This document shows, one piece after another, positions 1-9,666 of a DNA stretch of 54,678 bases. Numbering within the stretch: the first letter of the stretch is position 1; each line of letters starts with the position of its first letter. The stretch is from a virus (Duplodnaviria; Caudoviricetes): positions 1-54,678 of IMG/VR virus record IMGVR_UViG_3300028283_000235; one strand, written 5' to 3'. Both the position numbers and the translations under genes were made by a program. The notes below the pieces were generated by a model. The model was not told the DNA's origin, searched no databases, and saw nothing but the letters and a program-made list of their open reading frames with translations.

Positions 1-192
1 GTTCCATCTTTTCCACTAGATCCACTAGATCCACTAGATCCACTAGTTCCTGATATTCCACTAGATCCACTAGTTCCATCTTTTCCAGATGTTCCACTAG
101 TTCCTGATATTCCACTAGATCCACTAGTTCCATCTTTTCCTGATATTCCACTAGTTCCTGATATTCCACTAGTTCCTGATGTTCCACTAGAT
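1..192. repeat. 9-nt-period coding repeats (tccactaga / tccactagt / tcctgatat)
   Basis: Direct reading; encodes (G-S/T-S)n on the minus strand. Similar tracts at about 590-935 and 2715-3060. Confidence 0.85.
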
Positions 193-1079
193 CCATAACC
201 ACCTGAATTTCCTCCACCTGATCCTGAATGCACGTAAGATATTAAATATTCTTTTCCATTTGTGGCATTACCATCAGCAGAATAAACTGTAAATCCACTC
301 ACTTGATAAACATTTGATCCTATCGTGGTTGTGTGTCCAGATGGCACATTATATATTCCAACAACAGAAAGATTTTCTCTCTCTTCTATTTTTAATATTC
401 CTTGTAAATTCCAAGATTGTAACCACGCTGATAATAATACACCATCATCGTCTTTTTTATACAATCTTATCGAAGATAGGGATCCAAAATTATTTGTATT
501 AAAATATACTGTACCAATTACAACAGGAGGATTATTATTATTATCATATATCCATTTACGTGTTGCGCCACCGTAAGCTCCGTCTAAAGCACTACTACCA
601 CTTGTTCCAGATGAACCGTCTAAACCATTTATACCCGAACTACCCGTATCTCCCGATGTTCCTGAAATACCAGATGTTCCACTAGTTCCTGATGTTCCGG
701 ATGAACCAGAACTACCAGCAGTTCCAGTTTTACCAGAAGTTCCGCTAGTTCCAGAAGTGCCTGTTCCTCCACTAGTTCCACTAGTTCCATCTACACCAGT
801 TCTACCTGAAGATCCGCTTTTACCAGAAGAACCAGCAATTCCTGAACCACCAGATGTTCCAGATGATCCAAGAAATTGACCATCAACTCCAGAAGACCCA
901 GCAATTCCTGATGTTCCACTAGTACCACTGGCGGAAGTGCCGCCAGTAGTAATATAATGCCACGAACAATCGTCGAATTTTTCCCAAAGTCCTATTGAGT
1001 CTCTACCAAGATAAATGTGCCCAATGTCTGGACAACCTATATTTTCAGGACTAATAAGTTGAATTTTCTTGAAACTCAT
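1..1079 (-). CDS. Gly-X-X (GTS/GSS) collagen-like tail-fibre-like protein, 3' end outside window
   Basis: Not in ORF track. Hand translation from ATG 1079 gives MSFKKIQLISPENIGCPDIGHIYLGRDSIGLWEK, GTSGSSG repeats, LDGAYGGATRKW domain and further repeats, open to the window edge. Clear paralogue of 1668-3191. Confidence 0.85.
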   Translation of the reverse strand, partial: MSFKKIQLISPENIGCPDIGHIYLGRDSIGLWEKFDDCSWHYITTGGTSASGTSGTSGIAGSSGVDGQFLGSSGTSGGSGIAGSSGKSGSSGRTGVDGTSGTSGGTGTSGTSGTSGKTGTAGSSGSSGTSGTSGTSGISGTSGDTGSSGINGLDGSSGTSGSSALDGAYGGATRKWIYDNNNNPPVVIGTVYFNTNNFGSLSSIRLYKKDDDGVLLSAWLQSWNLQGILKIEERENLSVVGIYNVPSGHTTTIGSNVYQVSGFTVYSADGNATNGKEYLISYVHSGSGGGNSGGYGSSGTSGTSGISGTSGISGKDGTSGSSGISGTSGTSGKDGTSGSSGISGTSGSSGSSGSSGKDG

Positions 1080-1158
1080 TACATATTTTATTTTATATCT
1101 CTATATATATAAAAACCACATCAAAACACAGTTGATAGATTTATTTCTATATATAAAA

Positions 1159-1660
1159 TTATAAAACTTGAAAATTAATAAGATCGATTAGGAAATATGA
1201 AATTAGTTTTCCATCTTCTATACTATGACGCCATTCGTCAACGTAAAAATTTCTGAGTGTTGTTGTAGCTGTCCTATGTTCTGATAAGACGTGATAATCT
1301 AATTTTTTAACATTTGTGTAAGCATAAATCGGTATAGTCCCAGAATCGACTACCGACCGTTTTAAAAAAACCAGCATAAAGATAATCTGTAAAAGGTTTA
1401 CCAGCATCTGAATCCATATTAATCCAAAAATCTATATAATTTATACTTTGAAATATTCATCATAATCTAAAGGTCCACCATCACAATGAATAGATGTTTG
1501 TGTAAATTTTTGTTGAACATTGGAATTTGCAACTAGATCACTTAAATTGGTAACAGAACTCCACGATAAGAAGAGTCAACAAAAAATGTACTTTGATCAG
1601 CTCCTTTGGAATGAACTAATAATAATCATTACCAAAACCGTTATTAGCGTTATTTATCAT
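1159..1660 (-). pseudogene. Frameshifted LamG/concanavalin A-like lectin gene
   Basis: ATG 1660 then collinear fragments in different frames: MINNANNGFGNDYY*, LLLVHSKGADQSTFFVDSS, VTNLSDLVANSNVQQKFTQTSIHCDG, IDFWIN, FYVDEWRHS. These resemble phage LamG motifs (LLHFDG..GSTTF.DSS, KFG..S..FDG, TIEFW, YIDE.RIS). Confidence 0.6.
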
Positions 1661-1667
1661 AATTTGT

Positions 1668-3191
1668 TTATGATTTTACAAATGTCGCTTGAAGTGTTAA
1701 ATCGTTGGCTTGATCACCAACACTGGCTGATGTTTCTATCTCGACTGTATCGTTTAATCTAATATAATAATTTGTTCCATCTATATCATTAGCTGTTGAT
1801 GCCCACGCTGTTGTAACTGTTATTCCTGATGTTGTATTATCAGTACTAACAGGAGATCCAGCTATCATCACGTTAACTTTTGGATTAGTTGTACCGGCGT
1901 TCACTTTATGGATTACAGAAAATCTAACACAATAAGAAGGACTAGTGTGCCATCTATAATATGTATTTAAATCATTGGCTAGTAACGTAGTGTCTGCTCC
2001 ATCCGAATAAGCACCACCAATTAAGAAAGATTCGTTCCAGACCATTTCAGGATTACCTACATATACTGTACTTGTAGTTAAACCCGCACAACTTGGACCT
2101 GATACTGATATAGTTGACGAAGTAACACCTGTTACTATACCGTAATATACAACACTGGATACAGTATATTTTATAGGATAACCTACTACCACCACACCTG
2201 TTTGATCAACAGATGTAGATATTGTCCCTATTGTGGCAGAAGTTATACCAGTAACATTTGTCCATCTTGATGCTGTTCCACCCCCTGAAGGACCCGATGG
2301 TCCTTGTGCTCCAGATGTGCCCGAACTACCAATGCATGATGTGCCACTACTTCCAGATCTACCGGATTTTAAAAAGGAAATTAAATATCTATTACCATTT
2401 ACAAGAGATCCACCACCATTTAAACAATTTAAACTTGATATTTGGTAAGTTCCTGGTGTTATTTGAGTTGATACAACACCATCGTATATTCCAAAAACAG
2501 CAAGATTTCTCCATTCTTCTATTTTTAATATACCATTTGACCAAGTTGGCAACCAAAATTCTACAACTTGATTATCGTAATCAGTTACGTTTACTATTAA
2601 ATTAGTTATTAGAGATAAATCAGTTACACCATTAGCGTAAAATTCACCGTCGATTGGGTTTACTGTGTTAATAAAAGTCCAAGATCTTGTTGCTCCTCCA
2701 TAAGCACCATCCAGTCCAGATGTGCCAGAAGATCCAGTTAAACCTGATGTTCCTGATGATCCATTACCTGACGTACCGGAAGAACCTGTTATACCTGAAG
2801 ACCCTGATGTTCCACTAGATCCAGATGTTCCTGATGAACCAGTTCTACCACTTGTGCCTGATGTTCCATGAATACCAGAAGTACCAGAAGTACCAGCTGT
2901 TCCATCAGTTCCAGTTCTACCAGAAGATCCACTTTTACCAGATGATCCAGATGCTCCAACACCTGACGTGCCAGATGATCCAAGAAATGATCCGTCTTTA
3001 CCAGATGATCCTGCTAAACCAGACGTGCCACTAGTACCGGCTCCTGTTGTGCCACCAGTTATAATATAAACCCATTCACCGTTGGAATATTTTTCCCACA
3101 GACCTACATTATCTCTACCTAAATAGATATGTTCTGTTTCAGGACTACCTACATTTTGAGGACTTATGATTTGAAATTTCTTGAAACTCAT
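1668..3191 (-). CDS. Gly-X-X collagen-like tail-fibre-like protein
   Basis: 507 aa; ~110-residue GTS/GSS tract, DGAYGGATRSW domain, short second repeat tract, beta-rich C-terminal domain. Confidence 0.75.
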   Translation of the reverse strand: MSFKKFQIISPQNVGSPETEHIYLGRDNVGLWEKYSNGEWVYIITGGTTGAGTSGTSGLAGSSGKDGSFLGSSGTSGVGASGSSGKSGSSGRTGTDGTAGTSGTSGIHGTSGTSGRTGSSGTSGSSGTSGSSGITGSSGTSGNGSSGTSGLTGSSGTSGLDGAYGGATRSWTFINTVNPIDGEFYANGVTDLSLITNLIVNVTDYDNQVVEFWLPTWSNGILKIEEWRNLAVFGIYDGVVSTQITPGTYQISSLNCLNGGGSLVNGNRYLISFLKSGRSGSSGTSCIGSSGTSGAQGPSGPSGGGTASRWTNVTGITSATIGTISTSVDQTGVVVVGYPIKYTVSSVVYYGIVTGVTSSTISVSGPSCAGLTTSTVYVGNPEMVWNESFLIGGAYSDGADTTLLANDLNTYYRWHTSPSYCVRFSVIHKVNAGTTNPKVNVMIAGSPVSTDNTTSGITVTTAWASTANDIDGTNYYIRLNDTVEIETSASVGDQANDLTLQATFVKS

Positions 3192-3201
3192 CTAAAATGA
3201 A

Positions 3202-3238
3202 AAACCGATTTTTTATACTATATATAAAAAATCGGTTT
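3202..3238. terminator. 16-bp perfect inverted repeat overlapping a putative late promoter
   Basis: aaaccgattttttata-ctata-tataaaaaatcggttt between the pncA stop and the fibre gene start; T-run follows on the minus strand. Confidence 0.6.
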
Positions 3239-3258
3239 CACATTTTAATTTACAAAGT

Positions 3259-3939
3259 CTAGAACTTCATCTCATATTTTAATTTAAAACTTAATTCATC
3301 ATCTAAACTTTTCATTGTATGAAATTTCTCATCAGATAGAAATATATCCAAATCATTTGAATTGATAATCATGACCCCATTCTTCGCTAAATCTTCCACC
3401 GTTGACGTCATTTCACCAATAAAACGAGTAGCGTCCACAATAAAATAAGTCTTAAAGAATACTGAACAATCTAGAGCTGTGTCCTTTACACAATAATCAC
3501 CAGCCAATCCTACAACATAAACTTCATCAACACCAGAGTCTTTGAAATACTTCTCAACAGATACACCGTCATCGTTTACCCCAACAAATCCACTAAAAGG
3601 GTGTTCTGATTTATTATCACCTTTAGTGAAAATAGGTGCTCCATATAATTGAAGATCAGGATGAAATTTAGCACAGTCCGTAAATTGTACACAATGAGGT
3701 GGCCAGATAATCATATCTTTTCCATCTACTTTAACTACATCCAAAACATTTGTTCCTGGATTATTAGATGTAAATGACATGTGATCTTCTGGATGCCAAT
3801 CTCTTGACACGATCACCATATTAAACTTATCTGAAATTTTATTAATAATAGGCACAATTTTATCCCCAAAAGGTACAGCCAAACTTCCACCTGGCATAAA
3901 ATCTAACTGAGGATCTACGATAAATAACGCTCTTTTCAT
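3259..3939 (-). CDS. pncA: Nicotinamidase/pyrazinamidase
   Basis: IVDPQLDFMPGGSLAV, DWHPEDHMSF, WPPHCVQ, FTKG, GLAGDYCVKDTALD (catalytic D/K/C and metal ligands). Confidence 0.95.
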   Translation of the reverse strand: MKRALFIVDPQLDFMPGGSLAVPFGDKIVPIINKISDKFNMVIVSRDWHPEDHMSFTSNNPGTNVLDVVKVDGKDMIIWPPHCVQFTDCAKFHPDLQLYGAPIFTKGDNKSEHPFSGFVGVNDDGVSVEKYFKDSGVDEVYVVGLAGDYCVKDTALDCSVFFKTYFIVDATRFIGEMTSTVEDLAKNGVMIINSNDLDIFLSDEKFHTMKSLDDELSFKLKYEMKF

Positions 3940-3940
3940 A

Positions 3941-4300
3941 TTATTTTATATTAATTGTATTACCAACTTTATCAAAGGTCTGTTTCTCAACTAATGTATC
4001 TGGTAACGTAAAACTTTTACCGTCTTTAGTCACCATTATAGTTCCTCTTTTAGGAAAATGAATAGGATTAGGACAAGTTCCACTATGAGTTAGAAAACTA
4101 TTATATGTAGGATGAATTGAAAAATCCCCGTTTGGTTTTAAATATCCTAAATATTCATGACCTTCAATATTGTAAACATATATTGTTGCTCCATTCACAA
4201 CAACACTCCTAACAGATCCCGCTTGATCTTTCGGTTTATCTGACTTTCCACACCCAAATAAAAATAAGAACGCCACTAAAATTAATATTATTCTTTTCAT
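3941..4300 (-). CDS. Putative lipoprotein
   Basis: Signal peptide with lipobox LFGC. Confidence 0.6.
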   Translation of the reverse strand: MKRIILILVAFLFLFGCGKSDKPKDQAGSVRSVVVNGATIYVYNIEGHEYLGYLKPNGDFSIHPTYNSFLTHSGTCPNPIHFPKRGTIMVTKDGKSFTLPDTLVEKQTFDKVGNTINIK

Positions 4301-4320
4301 ATCACAAAGTTAATTATTTT

Positions 4321-5304
4321 TTACTTACTAAAAAAAAAATTTTTCTTAACAATATCTATAGCCTTCTTCGTCCTACTATCCCAATCAGTCCCAGTTACTA
4401 TCTCCATCTTCAAACCTTTAGATTTTAAATAGTTATAATGATAATTACGAAGTTCGTTTCTTTCTTCTATTGGCAATCTTGTGCCGTCTTGTACATATGG
4501 AGCGTCACATTCTAGGAAGATATGAAGATCAAATGTATTTGCTTCCTCAACCCAATTTTCGTATTCAGGTATTTTATCAAAGAAGTATTTAGAATACATC
4601 TTAGTAGTATTTAAATCAGTATCACTAAATAATATTTTATTAGCGTAATGAACTTTACCAATTAAATCTGTGGCGTGTGCTTTCCCAATGTTTACAATAT
4701 CTTCAATTGTAGTTTCAAGTGAGGCTTTTACTATTCTTCTTCCCCACTCAGGCACGTGGTTAGTATTGAAATGTCTAGCTAATATTTCTGTTAATGTAGT
4801 TTTACCTGTTGATTCCGTTCCACATATACATATTTTTCTTACGAAATATGGTCTAGCCTCCTTTGAAATGAAATCCCAATATTTAACAGGATTGTTTCTG
4901 ATTTCGGTTCCGCTAATAGGTACTACTTCTCTTTGTTGATCAAACATAATATGTTCAATTCTCATACATTCAGCCACATAATCACCGTAAGGTTCGGAAG
5001 AGAAGATAACATCTAAATCTGGAAACATTTGTTTAAGATGTTTAGCCCATACTTTTGATACTTCCATATCTGATACAGATGTATAGGGAAGTTTGGCGTC
5101 AGTATATCGAATAACAACTTTATCGTCTGTTCTATACGTATTTAATAACCAATTTAACCTAATGTTTCCAGGTATATCTTCCTCATCTTCATTCATACAA
5201 AGAAGCACATATAAAATATCACATTTATCTTTAGCGAAGTTTATAAGTGCCTCATGTCCTAAATGCATTCCATCAAATTTTCCTAATACCAGCCCTCTTA
5301 TCAT
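4321..5304 (-). CDS. nadR: NadR-like bifunctional NMN adenylyltransferase / nicotinamide riboside kinase, no HTH
   Basis: GKFDGMHLGH (HxGH), SSEPYG, PISGTEIR, then P-loop GTESTGKTT, PEWGR, FSDTD, YVQDGTR. Confidence 0.92.
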   Translation of the reverse strand: MIRGLVLGKFDGMHLGHEALINFAKDKCDILYVLLCMNEDEEDIPGNIRLNWLLNTYRTDDKVVIRYTDAKLPYTSVSDMEVSKVWAKHLKQMFPDLDVIFSSEPYGDYVAECMRIEHIMFDQQREVVPISGTEIRNNPVKYWDFISKEARPYFVRKICICGTESTGKTTLTEILARHFNTNHVPEWGRRIVKASLETTIEDIVNIGKAHATDLIGKVHYANKILFSDTDLNTTKMYSKYFFDKIPEYENWVEEANTFDLHIFLECDAPYVQDGTRLPIEERNELRNYHYNYLKSKGLKMEIVTGTDWDSRTKKAIDIVKKNFFFSK

Positions 5305-6182
5305 ATGAAAATATTTTTTATTTTTTCAAAATTGTTATTTACTATTAAATGATATTGAAATTGTTTTTCAGCCTCTTTCATTTTGATTTCGTTTATTTCC
5401 TTATTTTTGTTCCAAAGATAATCTGATTTAATTTCGAATACTATATCAGTATCTTTAATCTTATAATCTATATAATAATTGTGTTCTTTTTCGTTTAAAT
5501 CCTTATAACTAATTCTCGGTCCTCTTTCTATCAAATCCATTTTACCTATCGATTCAACATATTTTAAAAATTTCAATTCATAAGAACTTTGATAATCGAT
5601 ATCTTTATATTGTCTGATTTTAGCGTTTCCCCAGCCACTATTGGGTTTCCTTCTTCCATTTTTAAAAGCATCAATCGCTGATAAACTCATTCTTTTCCTT
5701 GTCTCATCAGATAGTTTAATCCCTCTTCTCTTTTCAGCCACTTTTAACCAACCTTGTTTTTCTTTTATTTTTTCTTTAGAAGACTCCCATGTAAAAGGGT
5801 TGCCGTTTTTTTCCATCCATGTTTTATGGGATAATTTTTGGTGTTCAGACGGAGATATTCCAAATTTCCCATTTCTTTGCCCCTTATTTTTACATTTACT
5901 ACACAAATGATAATTTTTGATCGGATCTAAATCTCTTATTCTTCTTTCAAAAATTTCTTCACAATCGTCACATTTAACCTTTATAAATTTTGTCCTATAT
6001 TCTCTTTTAGTTTTCAATTTAGACCAATGTAATAAATATTTAGTATTTATCACAGGCATAAATTCAAAATCTTTCTCCCATCTAGCACATTGCGATTTAT
6101 TATTTAATACGATCTCTACATTTTCATGCCCTCTATATACATAACTGATTTTTATTATTATATATAAATGTATAAAAATCAA
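5301..6182 (-). CDS. Free-standing endonuclease: Zn-finger + NUMOD3 + TnsA-like PD-(D/E)xK domain
   Basis: CDDC..CSKC, GIKLSDETRKRMS, YQSSYE...YYIDY...FEIKS; start uncertain (possible 5' frameshift). Confidence 0.7.
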   Translation of the reverse strand: MIFIHLYIIIKISYVYRGHENVEIVLNNKSQCARWEKDFEFMPVINTKYLLHWSKLKTKREYRTKFIKVKCDDCEEIFERRIRDLDPIKNYHLCSKCKNKGQRNGKFGISPSEHQKLSHKTWMEKNGNPFTWESSKEKIKEKQGWLKVAEKRRGIKLSDETRKRMSLSAIDAFKNGRRKPNSGWGNAKIRQYKDIDYQSSYELKFLKYVESIGKMDLIERGPRISYKDLNEKEHNYYIDYKIKDTDIVFEIKSDYLWNKNKEINEIKMKEAEKQFQYHLIVNNNFEKIKNIFI

Positions 6183-6202
6183 TTTTTACCATTTCATACT
6201 GG

Positions 6203-6775
6203 TCATATTTGATTTTTATACGTTTTTGTCCAATTGACTAATCCGTAAGTGGCTATAGCAGTGATTAAGATATATTCAATTGAAATTAAATTAATCCCTT
6301 TTAAGTAAAATAAAGCTATACTTAGTATATCTACTATAATCCATAATACCCAAGCTTCTAAATATTTTTTTGATAAACCAAATACTGCAACCATACTTAT
6401 AACAGTTATTGTAGCGTCCAGTATAACATACTCAGTTTGGAAAAAACTAAGAATAAAAGTTCCAATTAAACATAGAAAAGCTGTTATTAAACTATATGAT
6501 ATAATATTTTTTAATCCTATTGTTTTAATTTTTTTACCTGCGTCTCTATCCCAATAATACCAACCATATATGGATACTCCAGTAAAAAATGTTTGAAGAA
6601 CCATTTGTCCAAATAATCCATTTTTTAAGAATAAAAAGAAGAAAAGTATTTGCCCAACAATACCAATGGGCCAATTCCATATCTTAGCTCTAGTCGCAAA
6701 TAAAACTGCTATAAGCGATACAATAGATCCAAATAGTTCTAAATAAGATAGTTCGTACCCTAATACTAACATCAT
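6203..6775 (-). CDS. pnuC: PnuC-family nicotinamide riboside / vitamin transporter
   Basis: Multi-TM; IWNWPIG, YGWYYW, DATIT, KKYLEAWVLWIIVD. Confidence 0.92.
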   Translation of the reverse strand: MMLVLGYELSYLELFGSIVSLIAVLFATRAKIWNWPIGIVGQILFFFLFLKNGLFGQMVLQTFFTGVSIYGWYYWDRDAGKKIKTIGLKNIISYSLITAFLCLIGTFILSFFQTEYVILDATITVISMVAVFGLSKKYLEAWVLWIIVDILSIALFYLKGINLISIEYILITAIATYGLVNWTKTYKNQI

Positions 6776-7389
6776 TTTTTAATTAAAGGATGATTTATTC
6801 TATCAAGAAAATCAACAAGAGCTTCGTAAGCTGATTCCATACCAGCCCTATCGTCAATTAAAATACTGTAAAATATTTTAGGACTTGATGAATTAAAGAA
6901 ACTAGGATTCTCATTTATTTTATGGAAAGGAATTTCATTCTTATCAAGATATTCTTTTACAAAATCGTATCTTTCTTTAGCACTACCAGTCCAAACAATT
7001 AATTCAATCCCAGGAACTTTTCCAAGTTTACGAATTAATTCAATTACCATTTCATAAGATTCTCCTCTGTTATGATAATCGAATACAGTATTATCAAAAT
7101 CGTAAGCTACGATTAAATCTCCGTGTAATTTATATTCTGTTACTAGTCTATCTACCACATTTTCGTGGTTCATGTAATGATCTCTCATATATTTAGTTTT
7201 AGATTTATTATTCCACCATTTCTTCAAAAAGTTAATAGTATCAGTAAGAGATTGACCTTGATCAAAATCACCACCATGCACTTCTTCAACTACAAATCTT
7301 TTAAGTATTCTATAAACACTCTGATTATATTTTTCTTTCATTTTTCCTTTTATCATATTGTGCGTTATATCTTTTCTCACTCCAACCAC
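6772..7389 (-). CDS. HAD-superfamily phosphohydrolase (small, capless type); true start probably downstream
   Basis: AYDFDNTV (DxD), IVWTG, INENP, KIFYSILIDDRAG. Confidence 0.75.
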   Translation of the reverse strand: MVGVRKDITHNMIKGKMKEKYNQSVYRILKRFVVEEVHGGDFDQGQSLTDTINFLKKWWNNKSKTKYMRDHYMNHENVVDRLVTEYKLHGDLIVAYDFDNTVFDYHNRGESYEMVIELIRKLGKVPGIELIVWTGSAKERYDFVKEYLDKNEIPFHKINENPSFFNSSSPKIFYSILIDDRAGMESAYEALVDFLDRINHPLIKK

Positions 7390-7567
7390 TTATACTATTA
7401 CAGTAGCCACAACCACACTCTATTATAAATGCCCCACAATGTTTACAATGCCATTCGCTAGCTTCACAATAAGGTGTGCCACAATGAATTAGTTTTAAAT
7501 AATTATTGTTTGGTTCGTGTTTACACTTACTGACCTTATCCCAAAATTTATTTGTTATTTTTTCCAT
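7325..7567 (-). CDS. Small Cys-rich hypothetical protein
   Basis: 80 aa with CGTPYC, CKHC, CGCGYC; overlaps both neighbours in operon fashion. Confidence 0.55.
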   Translation of the reverse strand: MEKITNKFWDKVSKCKHEPNNNYLKLIHCGTPYCEASEWHCKHCGAFIIECGCGYCNSISGWSEKRYNAQYDKRKNERKI

Positions 7568-9653
7568 AATTCAAAGTCATTTTTAAAGAAGCAAAAAAGT
7601 TAATTGGTGCACCAACAAAATATAATGGTTTTGTACCGTCCCAATTCAATTGTCCACTATTAAAATATTTTACATCTGTTATATTATTTACAAATATGTT
7701 AAAATCAACCCATTTCCAATTAATACCTATTCTACCGTTAAGTGTATAGTAAGCATCTATAACTTCAGCCAAATCATATCCCATATAAGGAATATATCCA
7801 ATAACGCTATAATCTTGATATCTATAAGCTAAACCAACAGTAAACCATTTATATTTATAATACCCTTCAACATTACCAATCCATTTAGGAGATAATATCG
7901 GTGTAGTTATCATGTTATTACTTTGAACAACACCACAATCATTATAAGATCCATTTATATTTACACCAAATCCGTTATCACATTTATATCTAAAATCAGT
8001 TTCGATACCTCTCCTATAACTCTTATCTACATTATCGTGTAAAGGGACACCACTAGCTCCAATTTTACCGTTTAATACAATCTCGTTGCTAAAATTCATA
8101 TAAAAGAAATTGAAATCCCAAGAAAGGTTATCAGTTAAAACTCTAAAACCTAACTCGTTATCAATTGATCTTTCAGGATGAAGATTATTATATACGGGAT
8201 TTCCGATAGAATCACATGGTAAATAGTCATATCCATTAAATATATCATTTCTAGATGGTTCTCTATTTGTAACACCAAAACTGTAATAGAAAACTGTATT
8301 ATTATACTTGTAATCAATACCTAAATCATAATTAATAAAATTCCAAGTAAATGTTGGGAGATTAACGTTATAATGAGGCATGTAATATTCATCATATGAA
8401 ATATCGCCATTGTATTTGAAATCTGTATATCTATATTGAATATCACCAAAAAGATTTAACCCTTCCCAAACATTGTATCTAGCTTTAAAATAAGCACTTA
8501 ACTCATTCCTGTAACCAGTGTTTGTGTACATATACCCATAAAGATCATTATTATCAGAGTGCTGTCTGTTATATGTATAAGCATGAGTTCCAACGTAAAA
8601 ATTAAATCTACTGATTCTCTTAGTGAGATTAACGTAAGCACCAACCCAATTAGATTTGAAATTATATTTATCTATACCATAATTAACTGAGCTATCAGAA
8701 GATGGAATTCCTAAAAAGTTTTTATAATCAAATGTATAATAACCAGTTAAAAAATTATAATAGACAGCGTAATTCAATCTTGTATTTGAATTAAAATCTA
8801 TAGCGTGATGGAATTGAAGATGGTATTGTTCAAATTGATCATGCTCTTTATCTGTTGCTCCATTAGTTCTTCTATCTCTCCAAACTGAATCATAAGGAAC
8901 TCCTAACCACGCTAATTGATTTTGTTGTCTTCCAGCAAAAGCTATAAATTTTAGTTTGCTCTTACCTATATCATAGAATGAATTTAAGAAAAAACTCTGA
9001 CTATGATTACCAGAGTGGTATTTATATCCGTCTGTTGATATATCAGAAAACTGAATATAGAATCCCCCTTTTTTCCATTTTTGATCTATTTGGAAACCAA
9101 TTTTCATAGAATTGAATGATCCATATCCAAATGTCGCAGATACACTAGTTTTTATTGGTAAATGAGAATCAAAATTTAAACTTCCACCAAAACTAGATAC
9201 ACCGTTTTTTGTTAATCCGTTACCCCTTTGGATTTGAATCATATCAAGTGTCTGAAAGAAATCTGGATAATTAGAGAAGTAACATCCCTGATCCTCAGGT
9301 TCATTCATGGGCACTCCATTCAAAGTGAAGTTGATACGAGTCTGATCAATACCTCTTAATCTAATATATGAATATCCCCAAGGGCTACCTGCATCTGAAT
9401 ATGATGTAATAGCTGGTGTAGTATTTAATATAGTAGATGGCTCTTGTCCGTAATTTTTTGTTTCTATTTCTTGTTTTGAAAGATTATCAAAAGTAATAGG
9501 AGTAATAAAAGTTGCTTGGTGTGGATAAGGTGCAGAAACTTCTATTTGCTGAAGTTTAATTGTGTCCTTATGTAGAGTATATCCTTTAAGGGTATCTTGA
9601 CTAAATCCATTTATAAATAAAATGGAGAAAAATAAAATTAATATTTTTTTCAT
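7548..9653 (-). CDS. TonB-dependent outer-membrane receptor, Bacteroidota pnuC-associated type
   Basis: Signal peptide; plug motifs YIRLRGIDQTRINFTLNGVPMNEPE, IQIQRG, FGGSLNF; barrel motifs NREPSRND, PERSIDNELG, VNNITDVKY. Confidence 0.92.
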   Translation of the reverse strand: MKKILILFFSILFINGFSQDTLKGYTLHKDTIKLQQIEVSAPYPHQATFITPITFDNLSKQEIETKNYGQEPSTILNTTPAITSYSDAGSPWGYSYIRLRGIDQTRINFTLNGVPMNEPEDQGCYFSNYPDFFQTLDMIQIQRGNGLTKNGVSSFGGSLNFDSHLPIKTSVSATFGYGSFNSMKIGFQIDQKWKKGGFYIQFSDISTDGYKYHSGNHSQSFFLNSFYDIGKSKLKFIAFAGRQQNQLAWLGVPYDSVWRDRRTNGATDKEHDQFEQYHLQFHHAIDFNSNTRLNYAVYYNFLTGYYTFDYKNFLGIPSSDSSVNYGIDKYNFKSNWVGAYVNLTKRISRFNFYVGTHAYTYNRQHSDNNDLYGYMYTNTGYRNELSAYFKARYNVWEGLNLFGDIQYRYTDFKYNGDISYDEYYMPHYNVNLPTFTWNFINYDLGIDYKYNNTVFYYSFGVTNREPSRNDIFNGYDYLPCDSIGNPVYNNLHPERSIDNELGFRVLTDNLSWDFNFFYMNFSNEIVLNGKIGASGVPLHDNVDKSYRRGIETDFRYKCDNGFGVNINGSYNDCGVVQSNNMITTPILSPKWIGNVEGYYKYKWFTVGLAYRYQDYSVIGYIPYMGYDLAEVIDAYYTLNGRIGINWKWVDFNIFVNNITDVKYFNSGQLNWDGTKPLYFVGAPINFFASLKMTLNYGKNNK

Positions 9654-9666
9654 ATTTTAGATTATT

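Noticed and set aside
1-3060. Repeats as a CRISPR array
   Set aside because: 9-nt period, no unique spacers, fully explained by Gly-X-X coding
9654-9666. TPP or NAD riboswitch ahead of the receptor
   Set aside because: Only 13 nt of intergenic space; no recognisable aptamer seen at 13206-13475 either, by eye only
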